DNA from: Spirochaetia bacterium
GTDB lineage: Bacteria > Spirochaetota > Spirochaetia > SZUA-6 > Bin103
Length of the DNA: 64,000 bases
Assembly: GCA_965208575.1 (NCBI GenBank)
Contig: CBDBOV010000003.1
Coordinates: 512,001-576,000, forward strand
Direction of reading: 5' to 3'
Shown here: one piece after another, positions 19,538-32,279 of the stretch
Position numbering within the stretch: position 1 is the stretch's first letter
How the letters are laid out: each line of letters opens with the position of its first letter
Program-made: the position numbers and the translations under genes
The notes under the pieces: model-generated
Databases searched by the model: none
What the model saw: only the letters and a program-made list of their open reading frames with translations
What the model was told of the DNA's origin: nothing

Positions 19538-22500
19538 TCAGTAGCGGTACGTGGTCTTGAAATTGGCGGCGTGTTCGGGCAGGGAGTGCGCGCGCTCGCG
19601 CCGTTCTCCGGACAACTCGACGTCCAGGGCGGCTGACGACGCCCTGAAACGGGTGCCGAGCCGCACGTGGCTCGCGCCGTCGGCGAGCCCTGCCTCGGTG
19701 AAGGGCGTGAACACCCCCCACGGCGAGGCGAAACCATAGCCGATGCTCGCATCGAGCGAACCGGTCTCGGCACCCGTGCTCCCCGTAATCTTCGGCATCT
19801 CGTCACGCCACAGTGCCTCCGCGCCGCCGGTCTGACCGCCCCAGCGCGACGTGACCGAGAGGGACATTCCGGAACCGTCCGCCCCTGGGGTGCGCCGCGC
19901 GGTCAGGCTCAACCCCCGCTCCTGTACGCCCGCTTCCGTGTGGGCCGCCAACAGCCGGCCCCTCGCCTCGATCTGCACGCGCGTCCCCGTGTAGCGCACG
20001 CCGCCGGCAACTTCCAGCCCCGTCCCGGTCAGCCCGTCGCCACCGTCGCGGCGGCCGGCCACCTCTCCAAACGGCGCCAGCGTCGCCCCATCGCCGAGTC
20101 CGATCGGCAGCGACGCCTCCAGCCCCAGCCGCGCCCGCCACGTATCGGCCTGCAGACCGTCGATACCCTGGTCGACGTCCGGCTCGTCAGTGGCCTGCAA
20201 CCGCGCAACGCTCGTGTCGGCGCGCACCGCAAGGTCGACCACCGCCACCGTGGGCAGGTCGTGCCGCATACCGAACGAGGCCATCCACATCGACAACTTG
20301 CTCCGCTCCCGCGCAACGCCGGGCGGAGCGTGGCGCAGGTCTCCGACGCCCACGCCCAGAATTGCGCGCAGATCGAACCCGTTCACCGGCGCCCATCGTC
20401 CGTAGGGGTAGAACGTGGTCAGCGTAGCTTCCAGTCGACCGTGCTCGCCGGGCGCGTCTCCGTAGCGGTAGTCGGCCTCGGTGACGCCGTGCGAAACCGC
20501 AGCGCCGAGCATCCACTCACCCATGCGTGCGTCGGCGCCGAGCCATCCGGTCCAGGTCTGCCCCTGGTAGCTGGAACCGCTCTTGGGACGTCCCGCGAAC
20601 GACGCCACATCGCCCCGCCCCCATATCGACACGCGCGGCGGGCGCGGCTGCGTCGTGTCGGCAGCCGCAGGCGTCCACGAGAAGTCGCTGGAGTGCAGCA
20701 ACTCGTCGACCTCCATGCGCCGGCCCTGCGGCATGGAGCCGCCGACCGGATCGCCGCAGCTCTCCACCGTGGCGCAGGTTGTTCCCGTGCCGGCGGTGAC
20801 GCTGCTCGGCGAGGTAGTCGTGGCGGGCACGTCGAACGGCAGCCGCTCGTCGGCGACCGTGACGCTCGTGGCCGGGGTCCCGTCCGCGAAGCGGGCTCCG
20901 ATCACTTCGAGCGCGCTCGCCAGCGTCCGTGCCCCCACCGCCGCCAGCGTGCGGGTCAGGGCCTCCTTGCGCTCGGCGGTCGCCGCATCGACCGTGACCG
21001 CGAACGTGAGCACGGCGGCGTCCGCGGCGGTACGGTTGTCGTCGGCATCGTCCGCACGGTAGGTGAAGACGTGGGGCCCGACCGTCGCGGGCGTGCCCGA
21101 GAGCGTACGGGTCGCCGCGTCGAAGGCGAGGCCGGCCAAGCCGGCCGGCTCGGAGGTCAGGCGGTAGGTCAGAGCGCCGTTGCCGCCCGTCGCCGCCGGC
21201 AGGACGACCGGCTCGACCGGCCGGCCGGGCTTCACGGTCATCGCCGCGACCGTCGCGCCGCCGAAACTCGGCGCGGTGTCGCGCACGGTGACCGTCACGG
21301 TGTCGGAGGCGGTCAGGCCGCCGGGGTCGGTGACCGTGAGCCGGAAGGTCAGCACGCCCGGCGGCTGCGGACCGATGAAGGAGGGCGTCGCCGTGGCGGC
21401 GCCTTGCAGCGTCACCTCCGTTCCCGAGGTCTGCGTCCAGGCGAAGGTCAGCGGATCGTTCTCCGCATCGCTGCTGCCGGAGCCGTCGAGCGTTACGGTC
21501 GCGCCCGGATCGACGGTGAGGCCGGTGCCGGCGTTCGCCTCCGGCGGGTCGTTTACCGGCGCTACGATGACCGTCACGGTCGCGACCGAAGCCGACTCTT
21601 CGGCCGATGTGTCGGTCACCTTGTAGGAGAAGCGGGCCGTGCCGTGCCAGTTCGCCGCGGGCTTGAACGAGATGGTGCCGAGGTTGGCGGCCACCACGGT
21701 CTGACCGGCGGTCGCCACCGCCGGGCCAACCTGCAGTGTGCCGTGCGTACTGTCCGGCAGCGTGACGATCGTCACCGACTTCAGCGTGTGCCCGTCCGGG
21801 TCGCTGAACGCTCGCGTGAAGTCACTCGCCGCGAACGTCAGCGTCGTGTCCTCGTTGACGGTCTTGGTGAAGTCCGACGCCGCCGGACGGGCGTCGACCG
21901 CTCTCACCCTAATGGAAACGGTCGCGGCGTCAGCCGACTCCTCGTCATCGGAAGCAGTCACCTTGTAGGAGAAGCGGGCCGTGCCGTGCCAGTTCGCCGC
22001 GGGCTTGAACGAGATGGTGCCGAGGTTGGCCGCCAGCACGGTCTGGCCGGCCGTTGCCTCCGCCGTGCCAACCTTCAGTGTGCAGTGCGCACTGTTCGGC
22101 AGCGTGACGATCTTCACCGACTTCAGCGTATCGCCGCCCGGATCGCTGAACGCGCCCGCGAAGTCGGTCGCCGCAAACGTCAGCGTCGTACCCTCGACGA
22201 CGGTCTTGGTGATGTCCGACGCCGTCGGCCGGTCGTCCACCGCGCTGACCGTGATCGTCACCGTCGCCGCGGCAGCGGATTCGGCGTCGGAGGAGTCGGT
22301 CACCTGGTACGTGAAGCTCGCCGTGCCGTTCCAGTTCGCCACCGGCACGAAGGTGATCGTCCCCAGGCTCGCCGCCAGCACGGTCTGATTGGCGCTCGCC
22401 GCCGCCGTGCCCACCTTCAGCGTCCCGCCCGTGCTGGCCGGCAGCGTCACGATCTTCACCGACTTCAGCGTGTGCCCGTCCGCGTCGCTGAACGCGCCGG

Positions 22501-25500
22501 TGAAGTCACTCGCCGCAAACGTCAGCGTCGTGCTCTCCGCGGTGCTCTTGCTGATGTCCGACGCCGCCGGCAGGTCGTCCACCGCGCTCACCGTGATCGT
22601 CACCGTCGCCGCCGCCACCGACTCCTCGTCGGCGGAGTCGGTCACCTTGTACGTGAAGCTCGCCTTCCCGTTCCAGTCCGCCGCAGGCTCGAACGTGATC
22701 GTCCCCAGGCTCGCCGCCAGCACGCTCTGTCCCGCGCTCGCCGCCGCCGTGCCCACCTTCAGCGTCCCGTGCGTGCCGGTCGGCAGCGTCACGATCTTCA
22801 CCGACTTCAGCGTGTGCCCGTTCGGATCGCTGAACGCCCCCGTGAAGTCACTCGCCGCAAACGTCAGCGTCGTGTCCTCCGCGGTGCTCTTGCTGATGTC
22901 CGACGCCGTCGGCGCGTCGTCGGTCACCGTGATGCTCACCGTCGCCGCGGCAACGGATTCGGCGTCGGACGAATCGGTCACCTTGTATGTGAAGCTCGCC
23001 GTGCCGCTCCAGTCCGTAACCGGCTCGAACACCAGCGTCCCCAGGCTGGTGGCCGCTACCGCGTCGCCGGCGCTCACCGCAGTCAGCGGATTGCCTGCCT
23101 TCAGCGTCCCGTGCGTGGCGGTCGGCAGCGTCACGATCTTCACCGACTTCAACGTGTGCCCGTCCGCGTCGCTGAACGCTCCCCTGAAGTCACTCGCCGC
23201 AAACATCAGCGTCGTGTCCTCCGCGGTGCTCTTCCTGATGTCCGACGCCGTCGGCAGGTCGTCCACCGCGCTCACCGTGATCGTCACCGTCCCCGCCGCC
23301 GCAGACTCCTTGTCGTCGGAATCGGTCACCTTGTACGTGAAGCTCGCCTTCCCGTTCCAGTCCGCCACCGGCTCGAACACCAGCGTCCCCAGGTCGGCGG
23401 CCGCTACCGAGGCCCCGGCGATCACCGCAGCCAGCGGATCGCCTGCCCTCAGCGTCCCGTGCGTGGCGTCCGGCAGCGTCACGATCTTCACCGACTTCAG
23501 CGTGTGCCCGTTCGGGTCGCTGAACGCTCCCGTGAAGTCACTCGCCGCGAACGCCAGCGTCGTGTCCTCGTTGACCGTCTTGCCGAAGTCCGACGCGGTC
23601 GGCCGCTCGCCCACGGCGATGGTAACGGTCGCTGCCGCCGCCGACTCGGCGTCGGAGGAGTCGGTCACCTGGTACGTGAAGCTCGCCGTGCCGTTCCAGT
23701 TCGCCACCGGCACGAAGGTGATCGTCCCCAGGCTCGCCGCCAGCACGGTCTGATTGGCGCTCGCCGCCGCCGTGCCCACCTTCAGCGTCCCGCCCGTGCC
23801 GGTCGGCAGCGTCACGATCTTCACCGACTTCAGCGTGTGCCCGTCCGCGTCGCTGAACGCGCCGGTGAAGTCATTCGCCGCAAACGTCAGCGTCGTGCTC
23901 TCCGCGGTGCTCTTGCTGATGTCCGACGCCGCCGGCAGGTCGTCCACCGCGCTCACCGTGATCGTCACCGTCGCCGCCGCCACCGACTCCTCGTCGTCGG
24001 AGTCGGTCACCTTGTACGTGAAGCTCGCCTTCCCGTTCCAGTCCGCCGCAGGCTCGAACGTGATCGTCCCCAGGCTCGCCGCCAGCACGCTCTGTCCCGC
24101 GCTCGCGTCCGCCGTGCCCACCTTCAGCGTCCCGTGCGCGGCGGTCGGCAGCGTCACGATCTTCACCGACTTCAGCGTGTGCCCGTCCGGGTCGCTGAAC
24201 GCGCCGGTGAAGTCGGACGCCGCGAACGTCAGCGTCGTGTCCTCGTTGACCGTCTTGCTGATGTCCGACGCCGTCGGCGCGTCGTCCACCGCGCTCACCG
24301 TGATGCTCACGGTCGCCGCGGCAGCGGATTCGGCGTCGGACGAATCGGTCACCTTGTATGTGAAGCTCGCCGTGCCGCTCCAGTCCGTAACCGGCTCGAA
24401 CACCAGCGTCCCCAGGCTGGTGGCCGCTACCGCGTCGCCGGCGCTCACCGCAGTCAGCGGATTGCCTGCCTTCAGCGTCCCGTGCGTGGCGGTCGGCAGC
24501 GTCACGATCTTCACCGACTTCAACGTGTGCCCGTCCGCGTCGCTGAACGCTCCCCTGAAGTCACTCGCCGCAAACATCAGCGTCGTGTCCTCCGCGGTGC
24601 TCTTCCTGATGTCCGACGCCGTCGGCAGGTCGTCCACCGCGCTCACCGTGATCGTCACCGTCCCCGCCGCCGCAGACTCCTTGTCGTCGGAATCGGTCAC
24701 CTTGTACGTGAAGCTCGCCTTCCCGTTCCAGTCCGCCACCGGCTCGAACACCAGCGTCCCCAGGTCGGCGGCCGCTACCGAGGCCCCGGCGATCACCGCA
24801 GCCAGCGGATCGCCTGCCCTCAGCGTCCCGTGCGTGGCGTCCGGCAGCGTCACGATCTTCACCGACTTCAGCGTGTGCCCGTTCGGGTCGCTGAACGCCC
24901 CCGTGAAGTCACTCGCCGCGAACATCAGCGTCGTGTCCTCGGCCACGCTCTTGCCGATGTCCGACCCCGTCGGCCGCTCGCCCACGGCGATGGTGACGGT
25001 CGCTGCCGCCGCCGACTCGGCGTCGGAGGAGTCGGTCACCTGGTACGTGAAGCTCGCCGTGCCGTTCCAGTTCGCCACCGGCACGAAGGTGATCGTCCCC
25101 AGGCTCGCCGCCAGCACGGTCTGATTGGCGCTCGCCGCCGCCGTGCCCACCTTCAGCGTCCCGCCCGTGCCGGTCGGCAGCGTCACGATCTTCACCGACT
25201 TCAGCGTGTGCCCGTCCGCGTCGCTGAACGCGCCGGTGAAGTCATTCGCCGCAAACGTCAGCGTCGTGCTCTCCGCGGTGCTCTTGCTGATGTCCGACGC
25301 CGCCGGCAGGTCGTCCACCGCGCTCACCGTGATCGTCACCGTCGCCGCCGCCACCGACTCCTCGTCGTCGGAGTCGGTCACCTTGTACGTGAAGCTCGCC
25401 TTCCCGTTCCAGTCCGCCGCAGGCTCGAACGTGATCGTCCCCAGGCTCGCCGCCAGCACGCTCTGTCCCGCGCTCGCGTCCGCCGTGCCCACCTTCAGCG

Positions 25501-28500
25501 TCCCGTGCGCGGCGGTCGGCAGCGTCACGATCTTCACCGACTTCAGCGTGTGCCCGTCCGGGTCGCTGAACGCGCCGGTGAAGTCGGACGCCGCGAACGT
25601 CAGCGTCGTGTCCTCGTTGACCGTCTTGCTGATGTCCGACGCCGTCGGCAGGTCGTCCACCCCGCTCACCGTGATGCCCACCGTCGCCGCGGCAGCGGAT
25701 TCGGCGTCGGACGAATCGGTCACCTTGTATGTGAAGCTCGCCGTGCCGCTCCAGTCCGTAACCGGCTCGAACACCAGCGTCCCCAGGCTGGTGGCCGCTA
25801 CCGCGTCGCCGGCGCTCACCGCAGTCAGCGGATTGCCTGCCTTCAGCGTCCCGTGCGTGGCGGTCGGCAGCGTCACGATCTTCACCGACTTCAACGTGTG
25901 CCCGTCCGCGTCGCTGAACGCTCCCCTGAAGTCACTCGCCGCAAACATCAGCGTCGTGTCCTCCGCGGTGCTCTTCCTGATGTCCGACGCCGTCGGCAGG
26001 TCGTCCACCGCGCTCACCGTGATCGTCACCGTCCCCGCCGCCGCAGACTCCTTGTCGTCGGAATCGGTCACCTTGTACGTGAAGCTCGCCTTCCCGTTCC
26101 AGTCCGCCACCGGCTCGAACACCAGCGTCCCCAGGTCGGCGGCCGCTACCGAGGCCCCGGCGATCACCGCAGCCAGCGGATCGCCTGCCCTCAGCGTCCC
26201 GTGCGTGGCGTCCGGCAGCGTCACGATCTTCACCGACTTCAGCGTGTGCCCGTTCGGGTCGCTGAACGCCCCCGTGAAGTCACTCGCCGCGAACATCAGC
26301 GTCGTGTCCTCGGCCACGCTCTTGCCGATGTCCGACCCCGTCGGCCGCTCGCCCACGGCGATGGTGACGGTCGCTGCCGCCGCCGACTCGGCGTCGGAGG
26401 AGTCGGTCACCTTGTACGTGAAGCTCGCCGTGCCGTTCCAGTTCGCCACCGGCACGAAGGTGATCGTCCCCAGGCTCGCCGCCACCACGGTCTGATTGGC
26501 GCTCGCCGCCGCCGTGCCCACCTTCAGCGTCCCGCCCGTGCCGGCCGGCAGCGTCACGATCTTCACCGACTTCAGCGCGTGCCCGTCCGCGTCGCTGAAC
26601 GCTCCCGTGAAGTCATTCGCCGCAAACGTCAGCGTCGTGCTCTCCGCGGTGCTCTTGCTGATGTCCGACGCCGCCGGCAGGTCGTCCACCGCGCTCACCG
26701 TGATCGTCACCGTCGCCGCCGCCACCGACTCCTCGTCGTCGGAGTCGGTCACCTTGTACGTGAAGCTCGCCTTCCCGTTCCAGTCCGCCGCAGGCTCGAA
26801 CGTGATCGTCCCCAGGCTCGCCGCCAGCACGCTCTGTCCCGCGCTCGCGTCCGCCGTGCCCACCTTCAGCGTCCCGTGCGCGGCGGTCGGCAGCGTCACG
26901 ATCTTCACCGACTTCAGCGTGTGCCCGTCCGGGTCGCTGAACGCGCCGGTGAAGTCGGACGCCGCGAACGTCAGCGTCGTGTCCTCGTTGACCGTCTTGC
27001 TGATGTCCGACGCCGTCGGCGCGTCGTCCACCGCGCTCACCGTGATGCTCACGGTCGCGGTGGCCACCGACTCCTCGTCGTCGGAGTCGGTCACCTTGTA
27101 GGTGTAGCTCGCAGACCCGTTCCAGTCCGCCGCCGGCTCGAACGTGAGGGTGCCCAGGTTGGCGGCGGTGATCGAGTCCCCGGCGCTCACCACAGTCAGC
27201 GGATTGCCTGCCTTCAGCGTCCCGTGCGTGGCGGTCGGCAGCGTCACGATCTTCACCGACTTCAACGTGTGCCCGTCGGGGTCGCTGAACGCGCCGGTGA
27301 AGTCACTCGCCGCAAACATCAGCGTCGTGTCCTCCGCGGTGCTCTTCCTGATGTCCGACGCCGTCGGCAGGTCGTCCACCGCGCTCACCGTGATCGTCAC
27401 CGTCCCCGCCGCCGCAGACTCCTTGTCGTCGGAATCGGTCACCTTGTACGTGAAGCTCGCCTTCCCGTTCCAGTCCGCCACCGGCTCGAACACCAGCGTC
27501 CCCAGGTCGGCGGCCGCTACCGAGGCCCCGGCGATCACCGCAGCCAGCGGATCGCCTGCCCTCAGCGTCCCGTGCGTGGCGTCCGGCAGCGTCACGATCT
27601 TCACCGACTTCAGCGTGTGCCCGTTCGGGTCGCTGAACGCCCCCGTGAAGTCACTCGCCGCGAACATCAGCGTCGTGTCCTCGGCCACGCTCTTGCCGAT
27701 GTTCGACCCCGTCGGCCGCTCGCCCACGGCGATGGTGACGGTCGCTGCCGCCGCCGACTCGGCGTCGGAGGAGTCGGTCACCTTGTACGTGAAGCTCGCC
27801 GTGCCGTTCCAGTTCGCCACCGGCACGAAGGTGATCGTCCCCAGGCTCGCCGCCACCACGGTCTGATTGGCGCTCGCCGCCGCCGTGCCCACCTTCAGCG
27901 TCCCGCCCGTGCCGGCCGGCAGCGTCACGATCTTCACCGACTTCAGCGCGTGCCCGTCCGGGTCGCTGAACGCTCCCGTGAAGTCATTCGCCGCAAACGT
28001 CAGCGTCGTGCTCTCCGCGGTGCTCTTGCTGATGTCCGACGCCGTCGGCAGGTCGTCCACCGCGCTCACCGTGATCGTCACCGTCGCCGCCGCCACCGAC
28101 TCCTCGTCGTCGGAGTCGGTCACCTTGTACGTGAAGCTCGCCTTCCCGTTCCAGTCCGCCGCAGGCTCGAACGTGATCGTCCCCAGGCTCGCCGCCAGCA
28201 CGCTCTGTCCCGCGCTCGCGTCCGCCGTGCCCACCTTCAGCGTCCCGTGCGCGGCGGTCGGCAGCGTCACGATCTTCACCGACTTCAGCGTGTGCCCGTC
28301 GGGGTCGCTGAACGCGCCGGTGAAATCGCTGGCCGCGAACGTCAGCGTCGTGTCCTCGTTGACCGTCTTGCTGATGTCCGACGCGGTCGGGGCGTCGTCC
28401 ACCGCGCTCACCGTGATGCTCACGGTCGCGGCGTCCGCCGACTCCTCGTCGTCGGAGTCGGTCACCTTGTACGTGAAGCTCGCAGACCCGTTCCAGTCCG

Positions 28501-28757
28501 CCGCCGGCTCGAACGTGAGGGTGCCCAGGTTGGCGGCGGTGATCGAGTCCCCGGCGCTCACCACAGTCAGCGGATTGCCTGCCTTCAGCGTCCCGTGCGT
28601 GGCGGTCGGCAGCGTCACGATCTTCACCGACTTCAACGTGTGCCCGTCCGCGTCGCTGAACGCTCCCCTGAAGTCACTCGCCGCAAACATCAGCGTCGTG
28701 TCCTCCGCGGTGCTCTTCCTGATGTCCGACGCCGTCGGCAGGTCGTCCACCGCGCTC
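19538..28757 (-). pseudogene. Giant adhesin/autotransporter, C-terminal part: 21 cadherin-like repeats, PKD, He_PIG Ig, beta-barrel
   Basis: NDPPEANAG...VTLDGSGSSD (PKD/K319-like), LPAATGGNGALTY...FDAATRTLSGTP (He_PIG), and WGRG...FKTTYRY barrel with a terminal aromatic. In frame with the 46630 ORF once the transposon is removed. Confidence 0.88.
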
Positions 28758-28918
28758 ACCGTTGTCGGCTCTCAGATTGATCTGAGCGGAATGGGGGCGG
28801 ACGTCTCACGATCGACTGGAGTGGAGGACGGGAGAGTCGAGGTAAACTGACCAGAAAAACAGGGTAGCTGCCCCAGGTGATGAGAACCGGACAGCTACCC
28901 TGAACTAAGGACAGCCGA

Positions 28919-29530
28919 TTGGTACTCCATCTGGCGGTTGATTTCAAGAGACTTCAGGAACAGGGCAAGGAGTATCGGTGGCCGCGGCCGGAGCGCTGCC
29001 TGGAGTGCGGTCGGAGGCGGCCGTGGGGCCATGGCTATGTCGGACGGTGCTTCGATGGCTGCGGCGAGCCGCTGTGGATGAAGCGCTACCGGTGTCCGGA
29101 CTGCGGGACCGTGTACACGCTGCGACCGGACAGCCACTACCGCGGGTTCTGGGCGCCGTGGCGAGTGATTCTGGTAGCCCTGCTGGGCAAGCTGAAGGGT
29201 GGTCGCTGGATCGCGCGGGTGAGCCGACAGCGGCAGCAGTACTGGCGCCAGGGGTTGCGCCGGCAGTTGTTGCTGGAGGGGGTGACCGCGGTGAGCCGGC
29301 CGGGCCAGGTTGCGGCCAGTGCGCTGAAGGCGCTGGTGGTGCGGTTGATCATCGTCAGTACGCATTCGGTGAGCTACCGCCAGATACGGCGAGTGGATGC
29401 CGCCCCCGAGTTGGTGCTGGCGGTGCCGGTGGTGGGCTTTGCGGGACACCTTGATGGCGTCGGGAGCACAGCAGACAGCGCCCTGAAGGAGCCAGGGAAT
29501 GAGCCGACACCCAGTCACGGGGCACGATGA
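28919..29530 (+). CDS. Zn-finger protein (DUF6431-like)
   Basis: WPRPERCLECG..WGHGY...RYRCPDCG two-CxxC pattern; TTG start after AAGGA. Confidence 0.7.
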   Translation: MVLHLAVDFKRLQEQGKEYRWPRPERCLECGRRRPWGHGYVGRCFDGCGEPLWMKRYRCPDCGTVYTLRPDSHYRGFWAPWRVILVALLGKLKGGRWIARVSRQRQQYWRQGLRRQLLLEGVTAVSRPGQVAASALKALVVRLIIVSTHSVSYRQIRRVDAAPELVLAVPVVGFAGHLDGVGSTADSALKEPGNEPTPSHGAR

Positions 29531-29811
29531 GCACGGTGCTGGTCGCGGGGTGCCGGCTCAGACCGGGCAAGTGGCTGGTGAGCAGTGCAGGAGGACGCCG
29601 CCGCGGTGCTGGCGAGCGCCTTTGGCGCTTGGGTGGCTGTCCGGGCGACGCTGCGGGCAGGGCGCTGGTGGCGCGGCTGATCATGATCGGAGCGGAGAAA
29701 ATAACGCGAACTGGCGCCTGGGTGACCCCAAGCCTACCGGATCTTTGCGGTGATCGGCGAACCAATGGGGAGCAAATTGATGCCACCAACACCCCAGGAG
29801 GTTCCTCGATC

Positions 29812-31128
29812 ATGGAGGAAGAGAAGAAAAAGCGGATCGCGTTGTTCCGGTTCGGTGTGATCGCCGGCCTGATCGGGTATGCGAAGCTCGACCAGGGCAA
29901 GCGCGAGGCGCGCATCAAGGACCTGGCGGAGCAGGAATGGAAGATCCCATTCTCGCTGCGCAGTTCGATCAGCCGGTCGACGATCCGCGACTGGCTGCGG
30001 CGTTACGAGCACAGCGGCAAGAAACTGGAGAGCCTGTTCCCGAAGGACCGCGCGGACGCCGGCGTGGGGCGCAGCATCGATCCCGAGACCGAGTTGGCAC
30101 TGGTCAATCTCCGGCGTGAACTGGCACAGGCGTCGTTGTCAGTGGTGCTGCAGGTGGCGCGCCGCCGCAATCTCCTGCCGCCCGACTTCGCAGCCTCACG
30201 GCAAAGCATCTACCGATTGTTCCGGCGCCATGGTCTGCACCGGCAGCGGCCCGCGACGCAGGACCGGCGGCGCTTCGAAGCGGAACTGCCGAACGACTTG
30301 TGGCAAGCGGATTGCATGCACGGCCCGCGCGTGAAAAGCGACGGCAAGCTGCGCAAGACGTTTCTGTTCGCCTGCATCGATGATCACTCGCGGCTCATCA
30401 CCGGCGCCCGCTTCTATCTGCGTGAAAACATCGACTGTTTCCAGGACTGCCTGCTGCGGGCGCTCGAAACGCGCGGTCTGCCACGCAAACTGTATGTCGA
30501 TAACGGCCCCAGCTTTCGCTCCCAACGACTCAGTTACGCCTGTGCATCGCTGGGCATAGCGCTCCTCTTCGCGACCCCATACACGCCCCAGGGAAAGGGT
30601 AAAATCGAGCGCTATTTCCGCACCATACGCACCCAGATGCTGCCTCTGGTCAGCGATCACGATACCCTCGAGCAGCTCAACGCCCAGCTTGCCGAGTGGC
30701 TCGACCACAGCTACCATCAGCGGCTTCACTCCAGCACCGGGGAGCAGCCCCTGCAGCGCTATCTGCGCCACCTGGAACTGCTGCGGCCTGCGCCCCAGAA
30801 TGTGCGTGACCACTTCCGCACCATGGTGCGCCGCAAGGTCGACAAGGATCGTGCCGTCGCCCTCTACGGCAAGCTCTACGAAGCGCCGGTGGGGCTCATC
30901 GGGAACACCGTCAACCTGCTCTATCATGAGGCTGATCCGTCCCGCATCGAGGTGTTCTTCGAAGATCGCTCTTACGGCTTCCTCAGTGAGTTGAACCCCC
31001 ACGTCAACAGCCGCGTGCGCCGCATCAGCGGCCATGAGACCGAGCTCGAGCCGGCGCCGGAGCCGCCCGCTGATGACCCCCAGCCCGGCCCCCGCGGCGG
31101 CCAGCTGTTCGAGGAGTCCGACCGATGA
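29812..31128 (+). CDS. DDE transposase/integrase with Mu-transposase-like C-terminus
   Basis: AGGAGG RBS; IALFRFGVI, HTH, WQADCMHG, YVDNGP, KGKIERYF and RKVDKD. Confidence 0.9.
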   Translation: MEEEKKKRIALFRFGVIAGLIGYAKLDQGKREARIKDLAEQEWKIPFSLRSSISRSTIRDWLRRYEHSGKKLESLFPKDRADAGVGRSIDPETELALVNLRRELAQASLSVVLQVARRRNLLPPDFAASRQSIYRLFRRHGLHRQRPATQDRRRFEAELPNDLWQADCMHGPRVKSDGKLRKTFLFACIDDHSRLITGARFYLRENIDCFQDCLLRALETRGLPRKLYVDNGPSFRSQRLSYACASLGIALLFATPYTPQGKGKIERYFRTIRTQMLPLVSDHDTLEQLNAQLAEWLDHSYHQRLHSSTGEQPLQRYLRHLELLRPAPQNVRDHFRTMVRRKVDKDRAVALYGKLYEAPVGLIGNTVNLLYHEADPSRIEVFFEDRSYGFLSELNPHVNSRVRRISGHETELEPAPEPPADDPQPGPRGGQLFEESDR

Positions 31129-31955
31129 TCGACCTCAGACATGCCTTCGGTTTCCAACGCGATCCGTTCCCCCAGGACGTCCCGATCAACGGTCTGTACC
31201 CGATCCCGGGCCTGAAAGCGCTCACCGAGCGCTTTCAGTATGCCCTCGGGCTCGGCCTCATCACCGTCATCACCGGCGAGGTGGGAGCGGGAAAATCCAC
31301 TTCCCTGCGCCATGTCACGAGCACCCTGCACCCCGCCGAATACCGTCTCCTGGCGGTCATCGCCACCACCGGCACGCTGCTCGACCTGCTGCGCCAGATC
31401 TGCCTGGAGATGGGCACCCCCCCGCGCTCCTCACTGGCCGTCCTCAGCCGCACCGTGCGCGACCTGCTGACCGACATCAGGCGCAAGAAGCAGACCCCGT
31501 TGCTGGTCGTCGACGAGGCACATCTGCTCCGCTTCGAGGTGTTCGCACAGCTCCACACTCTCACTCAGTTCGCCTTCGATTCGCAGACCTTGATGCCGAT
31601 GGTGCTGGCCGGCCAGAGCAGCCTGCTTGACCGCCTGTTGTTCCATACCTCGCGCCCGCTCGCCTCACGGGTCGTGGGCCGCAGCCACCTCGATGCTCTC
31701 TCCCTTGATGACATGCGCGGCTACCTCGACCACCATCTGCAGCTCGCCGCCGGGCGGGACACCCAGTCCGCCACAGCGCGGCGCAGCGCCGACCTGCTCA
31801 GCGACGAAGCCGCCGTCGCCATCCATCAGGGCTCCGGCGGGCTCCTGCGGCGCGCCAATCATCTCGCCCGCGGCGCCCTCATGGCGGCCGCTCGCGAGCA
31901 TTGCTCGGTGGTCGCCGCCGAGCATGTCCGGCTCGCTGCCACCGAGATTCTGTAG
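31125..31955 (+). CDS. ExeA/TnsC-like AAA+ ATPase
   Basis: Walker A GEVGAGKS, Walker B VVDEAH, LAGQ and SGGLLR; ATGA overlap with the transposase. Confidence 0.9.
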   Translation: MIDLRHAFGFQRDPFPQDVPINGLYPIPGLKALTERFQYALGLGLITVITGEVGAGKSTSLRHVTSTLHPAEYRLLAVIATTGTLLDLLRQICLEMGTPPRSSLAVLSRTVRDLLTDIRRKKQTPLLVVDEAHLLRFEVFAQLHTLTQFAFDSQTLMPMVLAGQSSLLDRLLFHTSRPLASRVVGRSHLDALSLDDMRGYLDHHLQLAAGRDTQSATARRSADLLSDEAAVAIHQGSGGLLRRANHLARGALMAAAREHCSVVAAEHVRLAATEIL

Positions 31956-31964
31956 GTCGGTTCC

Positions 31965-32279
31965 GTGATCAACGTCGCTATCAGAAAAATCGCCGGCAGC
32001 GACCGCGAATACTTCGCCTACGCCAGGACGTTCGCCGGTCGCGCCACCTACTTCGTGTATTTCCGTGATGACATCTGGGGCGCCATGGTGCTGCACAACT
32101 TCACCGACATGCTGCGCGCCGTGTTCCAGAACTCACCCGTCAAGCTGACTCTCGTCGAACAGGAACTCTCTCTCAAACATCCTGCCGTTCTCGGCTTCCT
32201 GAGACAATCTCCTGAGGACCCCTCAGCACCACCGACAGGAGATCTCGCCCGCGGCCACCGGCAACCCGGTGCAGAATAA
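31965..32279 (+). CDS. Small hypothetical protein, fourth gene of the transposon
   Basis: Starts 9 nt after the ATPase stop and ends inside the right end. Globular alpha/beta-like composition (REYFAYARTFAGRATYFVYFRDDIWG). Confidence 0.65.
   Translation: MINVAIRKIAGSDREYFAYARTFAGRATYFVYFRDDIWGAMVLHNFTDMLRAVFQNSPVKLTLVEQELSLKHPAVLGFLRQSPEDPSAPPTGDLARGHRQPGAE

Noticed and set aside
29527-29811. N-terminal extension of the 533-aa transposase ORF
   Set aside because: A strong AGGAGG RBS and the start of homology point to the ATG at 29812.
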